A stretch of 64,000 nt of DNA from Clostridia bacterium (GTDB taxonomy: Bacteria > Bacillota > Clostridia > Oscillospirales > CAG-272): contig JAFVXH010000007.1 of assembly GCA_017501225.1 (NCBI GenBank), positions 195,147-259,146 on the forward strand, in the 5' to 3' direction. The translations under genes were made by a program, and so were the position numbers. Of the stretch, positions 49,867 to 59,575 are shown in pieces. The notes under the pieces were generated by a model. It was not told where the DNA came from and ran no database searches. It saw only the letters and a program-made list of their open reading frames with translations. The stretch's first letter is position 1. Every line of letters starts with the position of its first letter.

Positions 49867-50865
49867 TCAGTTGCCCGAACGGTTCATGCTCCGTTTGAGC
49901 GCCGCCTCAAAGAAATCATCGGTTCCAAAGCTGTCACCCAGCCGGCGAGTGGACTCGTCTTGCTTCTTTTCCGCCGCCTCCTGCTCGATCTGCCGATCGA
50001 TCTGCTCAAGGGTGGTAAGTCCCTCGGTGTGCCAACGCTCCAGGATAGCGTTCGCGTAGGGCAAGGACGCCTCGTTCGTGGCGTTCACGGTCAATTCATA
50101 AGCGCGGCCGACGACGTCGATGCCGTAGCCGTAGGAGCTCCATGCGCGCAGAAGCTTTGATTCCTTTGCCGTAAACGAGCGGCTCTTCATACCGAACAGA
50201 CGGCGCACCGCGCCCTCAAAGGTATGCATCTCCTCTAAGGTGCGAAGCTCCTCCTGCATTGTCTGTGCCTCGGTGATGCCGCGATCCGCCAGCGTGATCG
50301 CGTATTTTTCAATGGCGCGCATGCCCGTCTTGTCGATTCGCTTGCAGTGCGCAAGCAGGAGCAGGACACACTCACCGCTCATGCCGAGATAATCCAGCAT
50401 CCCCACTAAGATATTGACGTCCGAGGTGGTAAAGATCTTTCCGAGCACGCGCTGTGCCTCGTCGATCAGAACGCGCAGCTCCTCTTTCTTCTCCAGGAGA
50501 TTTGCAAGCTCGGTCGAGGTATAATTGGGAAGCTCGTCAGCACGCCGGAGAATGTTCTTCTCCTTCACAGGCGCCTCTGAGGTTTCCTTTTCGGACACCT
50601 CCGTCTGTGCCATTACCGGAACGCAGGTCTTCTGATACGCTCCGTCCTGCGCAAGCACGCCGCACTCCTGCCAGAAGCTCAGCGCAGCCTTGACTGTTTT
50701 GACGTCACAGTCCGCGAGCTTTGCCAGCTGCCTGTGCTTGTCCGCAAGGCTTACGTCCGACGCAAGCCAGAGCAGGACGCGCACATAGGAAGCGTCGGCC
50801 TCCGAGGCGTAGGACAGCACCGAGGCGGGCAGAACCAGAACGTCCTGCAAAAAATTCAACTTCAT
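49867..50865 (-). CDS. DnaD domain protein
   Basis: Two DnaD-like repeats; YANAILERWHTEGLTT motif; upstream of the loader ATPase. Confidence 0.82.
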   Translation of the reverse strand: MKLNFLQDVLVLPASVLSYASEADASYVRVLLWLASDVSLADKHRQLAKLADCDVKTVKAALSFWQECGVLAQDGAYQKTCVPVMAQTEVSEKETSEAPVKEKNILRRADELPNYTSTELANLLEKKEELRVLIDEAQRVLGKIFTTSDVNILVGMLDYLGMSGECVLLLLAHCKRIDKTGMRAIEKYAITLADRGITEAQTMQEELRTLEEMHTFEGAVRRLFGMKSRSFTAKESKLLRAWSSYGYGIDVVGRAYELTVNATNEASLPYANAILERWHTEGLTTLEQIDRQIEQEAAEKKQDESTRRLGDSFGTDDFFEAALKRSMNRSGN

Positions 50866-50907
50866 ATGTATCTCCGATCTTTTCCTTCTTTTGTATCCGC
50901 GCAAAAA

Positions 50908-51609
50908 TCAGTTGGGCTCCTTTTCCTCTGCGCGCCGTCTTGCCAGACGGTAGTTGAGCACCATCAGGGAATCTCCTAAGTGCACGTTCTCGATGATCGC
51001 GTTTCCGTCGCCCAGCTTGATCTCCTTGCTGGTAAAGTTCCAGAACGCCTGAACACCGTATCCCGAGAGCTGCTCCGCGACCTCCTCCACGCTTTCCTTG
51101 GGAAGCGTCAGAACCGCCATATCCACTTGATGCTTTTTGCAGTAGGCGGCAAGCTCGTTCATGCTGCGCACCTTGACGCCCGCGATCTCGCGTCCGATCT
51201 GCTCCGGTGCGATATCGAACATGGCAAGCACCTGAATGCCGCGCTTCTCAAACATCGGAGAGCGCACCAAGGCGCGTCCCAGGTCGCCGGCACCGATGAC
51301 AATGGCGCGGACATCCGAATCCACACCCAAGAGCTCGCAGATCTTAGAATAAAGATACGGAACGTTATATCCGTACCCTTGTTGACCAAATCCTCCGAAG
51401 CAGTTCAGATCCTGGCGGATCTGCGAGGCTGTCACGCCCATCATGCGGGAAAGCTCGGCCGAGCTGACGCGCATCTTATCCTGACGGAGCAGCTCCCGCA
51501 AATAACGGAAGTAACGCGGAAGACGGCGGATGACCGCTCCCGACACCTCGATTTTGTCCACCTCTTGCGCGTGCTTCCCCGCAACGCGCTTCTTTTGTTC
51601 TGTACTCAT
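50908..51609 (-). CDS. rex: Redox-sensing repressor Rex
   Basis: IRRLPRYFRYL, SQIRQDLNCFGGFGQQGYGY, IGAGDLGRAL, WNF. Confidence 0.95.
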   Translation of the reverse strand: MSTEQKKRVAGKHAQEVDKIEVSGAVIRRLPRYFRYLRELLRQDKMRVSSAELSRMMGVTASQIRQDLNCFGGFGQQGYGYNVPYLYSKICELLGVDSDVRAIVIGAGDLGRALVRSPMFEKRGIQVLAMFDIAPEQIGREIAGVKVRSMNELAAYCKKHQVDMAVLTLPKESVEEVAEQLSGYGVQAFWNFTSKEIKLGDGNAIIENVHLGDSLMVLNYRLARRRAEEKEPN

Positions 51610-51728
51610 TTTTTCATTCCTTTTTTCTGATTGATTGGATGTGACAACACAATTTTTTTGCATCTGCGTTGCCCTCACTTCGAGTCTTTTTTGCTGTAAA
51701 AATTTTCTTTAAAATTGAAAAATTGGCA

Positions 51729-51939
51729 CTTTTCACAAAACGCTTCTGTTCGATATTTTTCGATATTTTTCCACAAGGAAGGGTTTTCCACAGCCAGAAA
51801 TTTGGCAAGAGTTTTCCACAAAATCCACAGCTTTCTCCACAAATCAAGGCTTTTCTGGCGCCCTATGCGACTGCTTTTGCACTTTTTCGATCTGTTTTTC
51901 AAGCTTTTCCACAGCCTGTGGAAAAGGCTGTGTGGAAAA
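51729..51939. promoter_or_regulatory. DnaA-box cluster
   Basis: TTTTCCACA at 51767, 51784, 51812, 51905; reverse TGTGGAAAA at 51917, 51931; near-matches at 51729, 51821, 51833 (consensus TTWTNCACA). Confidence 0.8.
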
Positions 51940-52047
51940 CGGAATCGCCCGTTTTTGACAAAAAGATATGCAAAGTGACGAATTTGAATGATTTTTCAAA
52001 AAGGGCTTGACAAGCCTGTTTCGGGAATGACGTCAAAGCGCCGATTC

Positions 52048-53067
52048 TCACGCTTGTCCACCGTCGTCACACGCCGAGGCGTTGAGTGACGTATCGGCAA
52101 AATTTCGGTTGCAAAATTCAAAATATCCTGCCGCCGCAATCATGGCTCCGTTGTCGCCGCAAAGCGTGCGATCCGCCATGGCAAGCCTTACCCCAAGGCG
52201 CGCGCAAAGCGCCTCCAGAGCCGCTCTCAGATGCGAGTTTGCCGCAACCCCGCCCGCCAGCACCAAGGTCTTCATACCCGTCTTGCGAAGCGCCTGCTCG
52301 GTCTTCTTGACAATGGCGTCCACGATGCGCGCGGTGTAGGATGCCGCGACGTCCGCACGGTTGATCTCCTGTCCGCGCTGCTCCATGCCGTTGAGGTAAT
52401 TGAGCGTTGCGGTCTTGATGCCGCTGAAGGAGAAGTCCAGCGTATCTCCCGTAAGGGCGGGCGTGGGCAGTGCGATCGCGTGCGGATCTCCCTCGTACGC
52501 CAAGCGGTCAAGCGCCGCGCCTCCCGGATAAGGAAGCCCTATGACGCGTCCGATCTTGTCAAACGCCTCGCCTGCCGCATCGTCACGCGTCGAACCGATC
52601 TCGCAAAAATCGGTGTACCCGTTTACCGCATAGATGGAGGTGTGCCCCCCCGATACCACGAGCGCCAAAAACGGAGGCTCTAAATCGGGGTTGGACAGAT
52701 ACGCCGCGGCAACGTGACCGCGGATATGATTGACCGCAACCAGCGGAATGTTGTAGGAATATGCCAGGGATTTCCCGAAATTCACGCCCACGAGCAGTGC
52801 TCCGATCAGCCCGGGAAAGGCTGTGACCGCAATGGCGCCGACGTCCCGAATGCCGATCCCCGCCTCCTGCAGCGCCTGCGACGTCACGTTCGAGATCGCC
52901 TCGATGTGCGCGCGACTCGCGATTTCGGGGACAACACCCCCGTAGAGGCGGTGCGTTTCAATTTGAGAGGCAACGATATTGGAGCGGATGGCACGTACGC
53001 CATCCCCCATCTCCACCACTGCGGCAGAGGTTTCGTCGCAAGAGCTTTCCATTCCAAGAAGATACAT
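52048..53067 (-). CDS. tsaD: tRNA N6-adenosine threonylcarbamoyltransferase
   Basis: ESSCDET, GGVVPEIASRAH, NHIRGH, VSGGHT, DDAAGEAFDK, GGVAAN, DNGAMIA. Confidence 0.96.
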   Translation of the reverse strand: MYLLGMESSCDETSAAVVEMGDGVRAIRSNIVASQIETHRLYGGVVPEIASRAHIEAISNVTSQALQEAGIGIRDVGAIAVTAFPGLIGALLVGVNFGKSLAYSYNIPLVAVNHIRGHVAAAYLSNPDLEPPFLALVVSGGHTSIYAVNGYTDFCEIGSTRDDAAGEAFDKIGRVIGLPYPGGAALDRLAYEGDPHAIALPTPALTGDTLDFSFSGIKTATLNYLNGMEQRGQEINRADVAASYTARIVDAIVKKTEQALRKTGMKTLVLAGGVAANSHLRAALEALCARLGVRLAMADRTLCGDNGAMIAAAGYFEFCNRNFADTSLNASACDDGGQA

Positions 53068-53118
53068 CTCTCTGTCTGTGGCAGACCGTTCTGCCCCTTC
53101 CTTTCTAAAATACGGTCG

Positions 53119-53553
53119 TCAACCGAGAATCTTTCGCATCACGACGGCATCCTCGCGCGGATGCTGATAGAAGCCGCGACGTGTGCCGACCTGCTCAAAT
53201 CCATACTGCAGGTACAAGCCCTGCGCGCCTGCATTGGAGGCGCGCACCTCCAAAAAGATCTCCTTCGCGCCCTTTTCTCTTGCCGCGAGGAGCAATGCTC
53301 CAAGGATCTCCTTACCGTATCCTCGGCGTCGGTGCGTGCTGCGGACGGCGATATTGGTAATCTGCCCCTCGTCCAGCGTCAAAAGCATCCCTCCGTAGGC
53401 GATCACCTCATCCCCCTCGACGCAAACCACGCCGATCGCGTCCTTGCCAAGCAACAGCTCCAGCGCTTTTTCGCTCCAGGGTTGGTGGAAGCACTCCGCC
53501 TCCAATGCGGCAATGCCGCGCAGGTGCTCTTTTTTTACGGGTAAGGTGCTCAT
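53119..53553 (-). CDS. rimI: Ribosomal protein S18 acetyltransferase
   Basis: ITNIAV, RRRGYG, LEVRASN, LY..YGF...G.RRGFY..PREDA. Confidence 0.9.
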   Translation of the reverse strand: MSTLPVKKEHLRGIAALEAECFHQPWSEKALELLLGKDAIGVVCVEGDEVIAYGGMLLTLDEGQITNIAVRSTHRRRGYGKEILGALLLAAREKGAKEIFLEVRASNAGAQGLYLQYGFEQVGTRRGFYQHPREDAVVMRKILG

Positions 53554-54320
53554 TTGGACTCGATATAGCTTTCGATCACGTCGCTGCCGACAGCATAGCA
53601 GATGCCTGCCATACGGTCATACAGAATGCCGTTTCCAAAGTTGTAAACCACCGTGCGCTCGGTGCACTCGTTGCCGTCCTTATCGGTATAGGTGTAATCC
53701 TCAAAGTGGTACGTAGCACCCGTATACTTGGGAACAAAGTTTTCTTCATCCTCCACACGCTCGGAAATCTCGACGTCGCTTGCAAAGCGCAGATACTCCA
53801 GGCAGTAGTAGAGTGTCGGATACGCGGTAGAGTAAAATTTGAGGTAATATTGCTCCACAGCACCCGCCTTATTGACGTGTCGGTCCGAGCATCCCGTGCC
53901 GCCGACGTAAGCATCCAGGATCTCCTGCAGCTCCGCGGCATCGGTGATGGCGGCAAGCTGCGCGCTGATGCTCTGCGTTTTACAGATCGCAATGCCGACG
54001 GGGTTCATCTCGGTCAGCGTCGGAAGCGTCGTTCCAACGGCGTAAAAGATCTCATACTCCTCATTGGCAAGCATCAGGGAAGGATCTACGCCGTTGATCT
54101 CGTAAAGCACTTGAGAGAGTCCGTCCTTGATCTTTGCAATACCGCCCTCCTTAATGGAAACCGCCTCGTAGCAAAGGGAGGCGGGACGGTAGACAATCTC
54201 CGTCGTTTTATCCAGATACTGTCCGTCCTTGTAGGTGACGGTATGCAGCTTCGAGCAGCCGCTGAGCAGCAGCACAAGGCCGGTCAGCAAAACAAAAAAG
54301 CGAAATACGTATTTTTTCAT
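53550..54320 (-). CDS. Hypothetical lipoprotein
   Basis: MKK...LLLSGC lipobox; stop overlaps the rimI start. Confidence 0.7.
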   Translation of the reverse strand: MKKYVFRFFVLLTGLVLLLSGCSKLHTVTYKDGQYLDKTTEIVYRPASLCYEAVSIKEGGIAKIKDGLSQVLYEINGVDPSLMLANEEYEIFYAVGTTLPTLTEMNPVGIAICKTQSISAQLAAITDAAELQEILDAYVGGTGCSDRHVNKAGAVEQYYLKFYSTAYPTLYYCLEYLRFASDVEISERVEDEENFVPKYTGATYHFEDYTYTDKDGNECTERTVVYNFGNGILYDRMAGICYAVGSDVIESYIESK

Positions 54321-54333
54321 GCTATGATTCCTT

Positions 54334-54825
54334 TCAATATCCGAACACGCCACTGAGCGAATCGTCGTTTTCGATCCAATCGGCAACGTTGATGATGCGG
54401 TACTCCTCCTTGGTGTCGCGTACGACGACCTGAGCGATCCCTGCGTTGATGACGTGCCGCTTGCACATCATGCAAGAGGAGGTTCCTGCCTCAAGCTCAC
54501 CGCTCGACGCATTGATACAAACCATGTACAGAGTCGCGCCCAGCATCTGATCACGGGGTGCGGCGATGATCGCATTTGCCTCAGCGTGCACCGAGCGGCA
54601 AAGCTCGTACCGTTCCCCACGGGGAATGCCGAGCTGATCTCTCATACAGGTGCCAAGATCGGTGGAGCAATTCTTGCGTCCTCTGGGCGCTCCGTTATAG
54701 CCCGTAGCAATGATGGAATCGTTTTTTACGATAATGGCGCCGTACCGCTTGCGAAGGCACGTAGCACGCTCCGCGACCGTTTGCGCAATATCCAGATAAT
54801 AATTATGCTTTGAAACCCGCTCCAT
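54334..54825 (-). CDS. dCMP deaminase family protein
   Basis: ATGYNGAP, VHAEANA, CMMC zinc ligands. Confidence 0.88.
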   Translation of the reverse strand: MERVSKHNYYLDIAQTVAERATCLRKRYGAIIVKNDSIIATGYNGAPRGRKNCSTDLGTCMRDQLGIPRGERYELCRSVHAEANAIIAAPRDQMLGATLYMVCINASSGELEAGTSSCMMCKRHVINAGIAQVVVRDTKEEYRIINVADWIENDDSLSGVFGY

Positions 54826-54956
54826 AAAAGCATCCGTCCTTTTTCAGATTCATCAGGGCATACCCTGCCAGTTTACCTATTATTATATAACATTTCCTAT
54901 CTAAAATCAATACCCTGCGACAGAATTTTTATTTCTCCCCATTCCCTCTGAAAAAA

Positions 54957-54989
54957 TGCGACCGCATTCGGCGAGAATGCGGTCGCATC
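54957..54989 (-). terminator. Terminator after ktrA-like gene
   Basis: tgcgaccgcattc/gaatgcggtcgca stem followed by T-tract on the minus strand. Confidence 0.7.
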
Positions 54990-54993
54990 AGGA

Positions 54994-55653
54994 TTATTTT
55001 TTCTTTTTTCCGCCCGAAAGCTTGAACACGTCGTTGGATTTTCCGATCACGACGATATGATCCAGAGGCTTGAATACGTACTGTGCGTCGGGCGTGGGAC
55101 AAAGCTCGCTCTCGGACTTGACCGCGATAACGTTGATGCGGTACTTGCGTCGGACGTCGAGCTCGATCATGGTCTTTCCGACCCACGTCATGGGAACGGG
55201 GATCTCGAAAATCGAGTATTCTCCCGTCAATTCGATGTAATCGAAGATGTTGTCCGCGTTGTAGCGCACCGCGATCTTCTCCGCCATCTCCTGCTCGGGG
55301 TATACGACCTCGTTCGCGCCGATCTGAAGCAGCAGATCCGCCTGGATCTCCTGATTTGCCTTGGCGATGACGCACTTCGCGCCCGCACGCTTGAGCAAGG
55401 AGGTGATGACGAGGGAGGACTGGAAATCCTCACCCATGGAAACGAAGCACAAATCCATCTGCTTGACGCCAAGCGAGCGGATGACCGACTCGTTGGTGCA
55501 ATCTCCGATCTGCGCATCGGTAAATTTATCCGCATACATATTGATACGCGCAGGGTCGCGGTCGACGATCATGACGTCGTTGCCAAGCTCCTGCATTTTG
55601 GTCGCCAGATGGTAGCCAAAGCGGCCCATACCAATGACAAGCACCGATTTCAT
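54994..55653 (-). CDS. TrkA/KtrA family K+ uptake regulatory subunit
   Basis: VIGMGRFG Rossmann motif, IGANEVVYPE, RCK-C domain. Confidence 0.92.
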   Translation of the reverse strand: MKSVLVIGMGRFGYHLATKMQELGNDVMIVDRDPARINMYADKFTDAQIGDCTNESVIRSLGVKQMDLCFVSMGEDFQSSLVITSLLKRAGAKCVIAKANQEIQADLLLQIGANEVVYPEQEMAEKIAVRYNADNIFDYIELTGEYSIFEIPVPMTWVGKTMIELDVRRKYRINVIAVKSESELCPTPDAQYVFKPLDHIVVIGKSNDVFKLSGGKKKK

Positions 55654-55678
55654 AGTTCTCTATCCTTCTTTCCTTATA

Positions 55679-57052
55679 TTAACCAATCAAGATCTTTTCA
55701 GTCGGGCGTTCGAGGAGTGAAGTCTCCCGCGCGTCCGCAAGCGCCAGGAACAGCGACATACCGCCAAGGCGTCCCGTGTACATCAGCAGGATCAGAATCA
55801 GCTTGGAGGCGTACGTCAGCGTCGGCGTGATTCCCGTAGAAAGTCCCACGGTTGCCACCGCAGAAACCGTTTCAAAGAGCACGTCCCGCATACCCACCGC
55901 CGGGTTGCCTACCTCAAGCATGCAGATCAGCATGGACGCCGCCAACGTAAGACCGACGTATACCGCGATCACCGCGCCCGCCTGACGCACCATGCGGTCA
56001 TGGATGCGGCGCTTGAAGACGACGACGTCCTCGCGGTTCTTTGACAGACGCACGATGCTGAGGAACAGCACCGCAAAGGTCGTGGTCTTGACACCGCCCG
56101 CGGTCGATCCGGGAGAGCCTCCGATCAGCATCAGTACCAGCGCCATCAGAATGCCCGCGTCGGAAAGCGAGGATTGCGGAACGGTAAAGAAGCCCGCCGT
56201 TCTCGTGGTCACCGACTGGAAGAAGGATGCCATGACGCGACTGCCAAACGGAAGTCCCGCAAACGCCGCGTTGTACTCGCTGATAAAGAAGAAGATCGCA
56301 CCGATCAGGATCAGGCTACCCGTGATGGCAAGCACCATCTTGGTGTGCAGCTTCATTTTCTTCCAACGGAAGCCCGAGTTGAGCAGATCGTTCCAGACAA
56401 GGAATCCAAGTCCGCCCATAATGATCAAAAACATCACGGTAAAGTTGATCAGCGGATCGTCACGGAAGTTGACAAGTGAGTTGCCGACACCCGCAGCGTC
56501 CAAACCGATGATATCAACGCCCGCGTTACAGAACGCCGAAACCGAATGGAAAACGGCATACCAGATGCCCTTGCCGCCGTACATCGGATAAAACCGAATG
56601 GACAGAAGCCCCGCACCGATCGCCTCAATGACGAAGGTGCCGATCAGGATCTGCGCAAAGGTTCCCGTCGCACCGCCAAGGTGCAGAGAGCCTGAGCTTT
56701 CCTGAATCATGCGACGCTCGTGCAGGTTGATCTGGCGGGTTACGAAGAAGGAAACCGCGGTGATCAGCGTCATAAATCCGATACCGCCCACCTGAATGAG
56801 CAGCAGAAGAACAACTTGTCCGAAGGTCGACCAATACACGGGCGTGTCGTAAACCACAAGACCCGTTACGCAGGTTGCCGTAGTCGCGGTAAACAGGCAG
56901 TCGATGGGATTGGACCACGTGCCTGACGCCGAGGAAAAGGGCAGGCAAAGAAGCAGCGTTCCCGTTAAGATGACCGCCAGAAAGCTGATCGCGATCACGC
57001 GGATATTGCTCATTTTTTGTTTTTTGCGTTTTTCGGGCTTCAATTCCAGCAT
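55679..57052 (-). CDS. TrkH/KtrB family K+ uptake membrane subunit
   Basis: CVTGL, SAFCNAG, TRTAGF, STAGGVKTTT, TVGLSTG pore motifs. Confidence 0.92.
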   Translation of the reverse strand: MLELKPEKRKKQKMSNIRVIAISFLAVILTGTLLLCLPFSSASGTWSNPIDCLFTATTATCVTGLVVYDTPVYWSTFGQVVLLLLIQVGGIGFMTLITAVSFFVTRQINLHERRMIQESSGSLHLGGATGTFAQILIGTFVIEAIGAGLLSIRFYPMYGGKGIWYAVFHSVSAFCNAGVDIIGLDAAGVGNSLVNFRDDPLINFTVMFLIIMGGLGFLVWNDLLNSGFRWKKMKLHTKMVLAITGSLILIGAIFFFISEYNAAFAGLPFGSRVMASFFQSVTTRTAGFFTVPQSSLSDAGILMALVLMLIGGSPGSTAGGVKTTTFAVLFLSIVRLSKNREDVVVFKRRIHDRMVRQAGAVIAVYVGLTLAASMLICMLEVGNPAVGMRDVLFETVSAVATVGLSTGITPTLTYASKLILILLMYTGRLGGMSLFLALADARETSLLERPTEKILIG

Positions 57053-57190
57053 GCCGTTCCCTCCTTCCCGAAAAAATCAAATATTCCGCCTTTATTATAG
57101 CACAGCGCGCAAAAAAAGTCAACGCCAAAGGAAAATTTTATCTCAAAATACGACGGGAGCCTGCCGTGTCGGCAGGCTCTTTTTGATTCG

Positions 57191-57760
57191 TTAAGAATTC
57201 TGCTCCTCATCCTCGCTGTACTCGGCGATGTAGGGGAGGTTGCGGTAGATCTCGGCACAATCCAGACCGTATCCGATCACGAAGTAATCGGGGATCGTGA
57301 ACAGCGCAATATCGGGCTGAAAATCCACTACGCGGCGGGAGGGCTTGTCCAGAAGCGTGACCACGTGAATGGATGCAGGTCCCCGCGCCTGCAGAAGCTT
57401 GACGACGTCGTGAAGGGTTCTGCCCGAATCCACGATGTCCTCAACGATGACGACGTGATAATCGGTAATATCGCGGTCAAGATCCATGGTGATCTGAACG
57501 ACACCGCTCGAAACGGTTCCCTCATAATAGCTCTTTGCGCACATAAAGCCAATCTCGCAGGGAACGGAGATCGCGCGACAGAGATCCGCCAAAAAGACGA
57601 AGGATCCCTTGAGAATACTGACAAGCAGGAGAGGCCTTCCGTCATACAGCTTGTCGATCTCCTTGCCAGCCTTTGCGATCTCCTGTGCGATCTGCCGCTG
57701 TGAGATGACCTCACGCTTGATTTTGTTTGTGTAAGCCTTCATAGCCTCTGCACGACTCAT
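57191..57760 (-). CDS. hpt: Hypoxanthine phosphoribosyltransferase
   Basis: ILKGS, IVEDIVDSGRT, FVIGYGLD, YRNLPYI. Confidence 0.95.
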   Translation of the reverse strand: MSRAEAMKAYTNKIKREVISQRQIAQEIAKAGKEIDKLYDGRPLLLVSILKGSFVFLADLCRAISVPCEIGFMCAKSYYEGTVSSGVVQITMDLDRDITDYHVVIVEDIVDSGRTLHDVVKLLQARGPASIHVVTLLDKPSRRVVDFQPDIALFTIPDYFVIGYGLDCAEIYRNLPYIAEYSEDEEQNS

Positions 57761-57788
57761 ACCGATTCCTCCAAAGTGGTTTTTTCGA

Positions 57789-58544
57789 TCATCCCAGCAA
57801 AACGTCACTGACCAGCATCAGACAAAAGCCCACAAGCAACGCGTAGGTCGCGCCGCGCTGATGTCCGTGCGCGTGTGTTTCGGGGATCATTTCATCACTG
57901 ATGACGTATAGCATCGTGCCCCCTGCAAAGGCGAGCGCAAAGGGCAGGATCGCCGATGCGATGCTGACGGCAAAGTAACCCAGCAGCGTACCGATCACCT
58001 CTACAAGCCCCGTCAGAGATGCGAGCAGAAACGCCCGTCGGGGCTTGATGCCCGATGCTACCATGGGCCCGATGATGACCATACCCTCGGGAATATTCTG
58101 CAGCGCGATTCCCCCCGCGATCAGGAGCGCCTGTGAGGGATTATCCTCGATGCCAAATCCCACACCCGCGGCAATTCCCTCGGGCAGATTGTGGATGGCA
58201 ATGGCGGTCACGAACAGCAGAACCTTACTAAGCTGTGCGTTGTTGTGCGCCTCCCCCTCAGCTCCCGCCAGGCGGTGCAAATGAGGCACCAACCGATCGG
58301 TCAGGTTGAGGCAAACGGCGCCCACAAACACGCCGAGCACGGTGATGATGAGTCCAAATTTTCCACCGTATTCCAGCGAAGGCAAAATCAGTCCGAACAC
58401 TGCAGCCGCGAGCATGACACCTGCCGCAAACGCCAACACGATGTCAGAAAAGCGGTGCGAAAGCTTTTGAAAAGCAAAGCCCAACACGGCTCCGATCACC
58501 GTAGCACCTCCGACGCCAAGCGCCGTTAACAGTACAAGATCCAA
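57789..58544 (-). CDS. ZIP family metal transporter
   Basis: FAAGVML, IHNLPEG, LQNIPEG, DEMIPE. Confidence 0.9.
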   Translation of the reverse strand: MDLVLLTALGVGGATVIGAVLGFAFQKLSHRFSDIVLAFAAGVMLAAAVFGLILPSLEYGGKFGLIITVLGVFVGAVCLNLTDRLVPHLHRLAGAEGEAHNNAQLSKVLLFVTAIAIHNLPEGIAAGVGFGIEDNPSQALLIAGGIALQNIPEGMVIIGPMVASGIKPRRAFLLASLTGLVEVIGTLLGYFAVSIASAILPFALAFAGGTMLYVISDEMIPETHAHGHQRGATYALLVGFCLMLVSDVLLG

Positions 58545-58699
58545 GCAAAACACCCCTTTCCCGATTGATTATTATTATCATATCACAAAAAGCGAAAAAA
58601 TCCAATAGCAAAAACGAAAAAAATCCGTTTTTTTGTAAATCAAAGCAAAAAGCGGACTCCGTCGTTTCCTTGGAGTCCGCGGTTCTGCGATTTCTGATA

Positions 58700-59536
58700 T
58701 TATGCGCGTCGGGCGGAGGAGAAAAGCTCCATCTTGCGCTTAACCGTTTCCTTAATTGCCTCAACCTTGCGATTGCGGATCTCAAGATACGCCAATCCGT
58801 CCGAAAGTCCTTCCGCCATGGCGCGCTCACCCGCGACGCACAGATCGGTGAAGATATTCAGCTTTGCAATACCGTCCCTGACGCATGTGCGGAAATCGTC
58901 GTCGGAAAGACCCGAGCCACCGTGCAGCACCAGAGGCGTATCCAGATTTGCGCGGATCTCACGCAATCTTTGGAAATCAAGCTTGGGGGTCTTGACGTAC
59001 TTGCCGTGCGCCGTACCGATCGAAATGGCAAGCGCGTCAACCCCTGTGGAGGCAACGTAGCTTTGCGCCTGCTCGACGGTGGTATAAAGGGATACGTCGT
59101 GATCGTCACCTGCGGCAGCCTGTCCGACGTGTCCGATCTCGCCCTCAACAGTCGCACCAAAGGAGTGCGCGATCTTGACGATCTCTCTCGTCTGCTTGAT
59201 ATTCTCCTCGTAAGGATTGACCGAGCCGTCGAACATCACGCTGGAAAATCCGAGTTGAAGTGCCTCCATGCAACGGTCAAAGGTCAGGCCGTGATCGTAA
59301 TGAACAACGACGGGAACGGTTGCTCTCTTTGCCGCCGCGATGATCGAGGGGGCAATCAGCTTCAGTTCTCCGAAGGGGAGCAACACCTCGGCAGTGCCGA
59401 TAACGATCGGGGAGCGAAGCTCCTCGGCAGCGGCGATCGCCGCCTCCAGCATATCGGTATCGGTGGTGTTGAAAAGCCCTACGGCATAGTGATTTTTTTG
59501 CGCGTCCTTCAAAACGGCGTCCAAATTAACAATCAT
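58700..59536 (-). CDS. Class II fructose-bisphosphate aldolase family
   Basis: VHYDHG, SVMFDGS, VEGEIG, SIGTAHG, LVLHGGSG. Confidence 0.92.
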   Translation of the reverse strand: MIVNLDAVLKDAQKNHYAVGLFNTTDTDMLEAAIAAAEELRSPIVIGTAEVLLPFGELKLIAPSIIAAAKRATVPVVVHYDHGLTFDRCMEALQLGFSSVMFDGSVNPYEENIKQTREIVKIAHSFGATVEGEIGHVGQAAAGDDHDVSLYTTVEQAQSYVASTGVDALAISIGTAHGKYVKTPKLDFQRLREIRANLDTPLVLHGGSGLSDDDFRTCVRDGIAKLNIFTDLCVAGERAMAEGLSDGLAYLEIRNRKVEAIKETVKRKMELFSSARRA

Positions 59537-59575
59537 GGTCTTGCTCTCCTTGCTTTTTCATAAAACCGGCGCAGA

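Noticed and set aside
48867-50865. Prophage or IS21 (IstB) replication module
   Set aside because: No integrase, IstA or phage genes nearby; composition is like core genes; a DnaD + loader pair is normal chromosomal content in Clostridia
51610-52047. Rex operator upstream of rex
   Set aside because: Only half-sites or loose palindromes (e.g. TTTGAA-N6-TTCAAA near 51983); none fits TTGTGAA-N4-TTCACAA well
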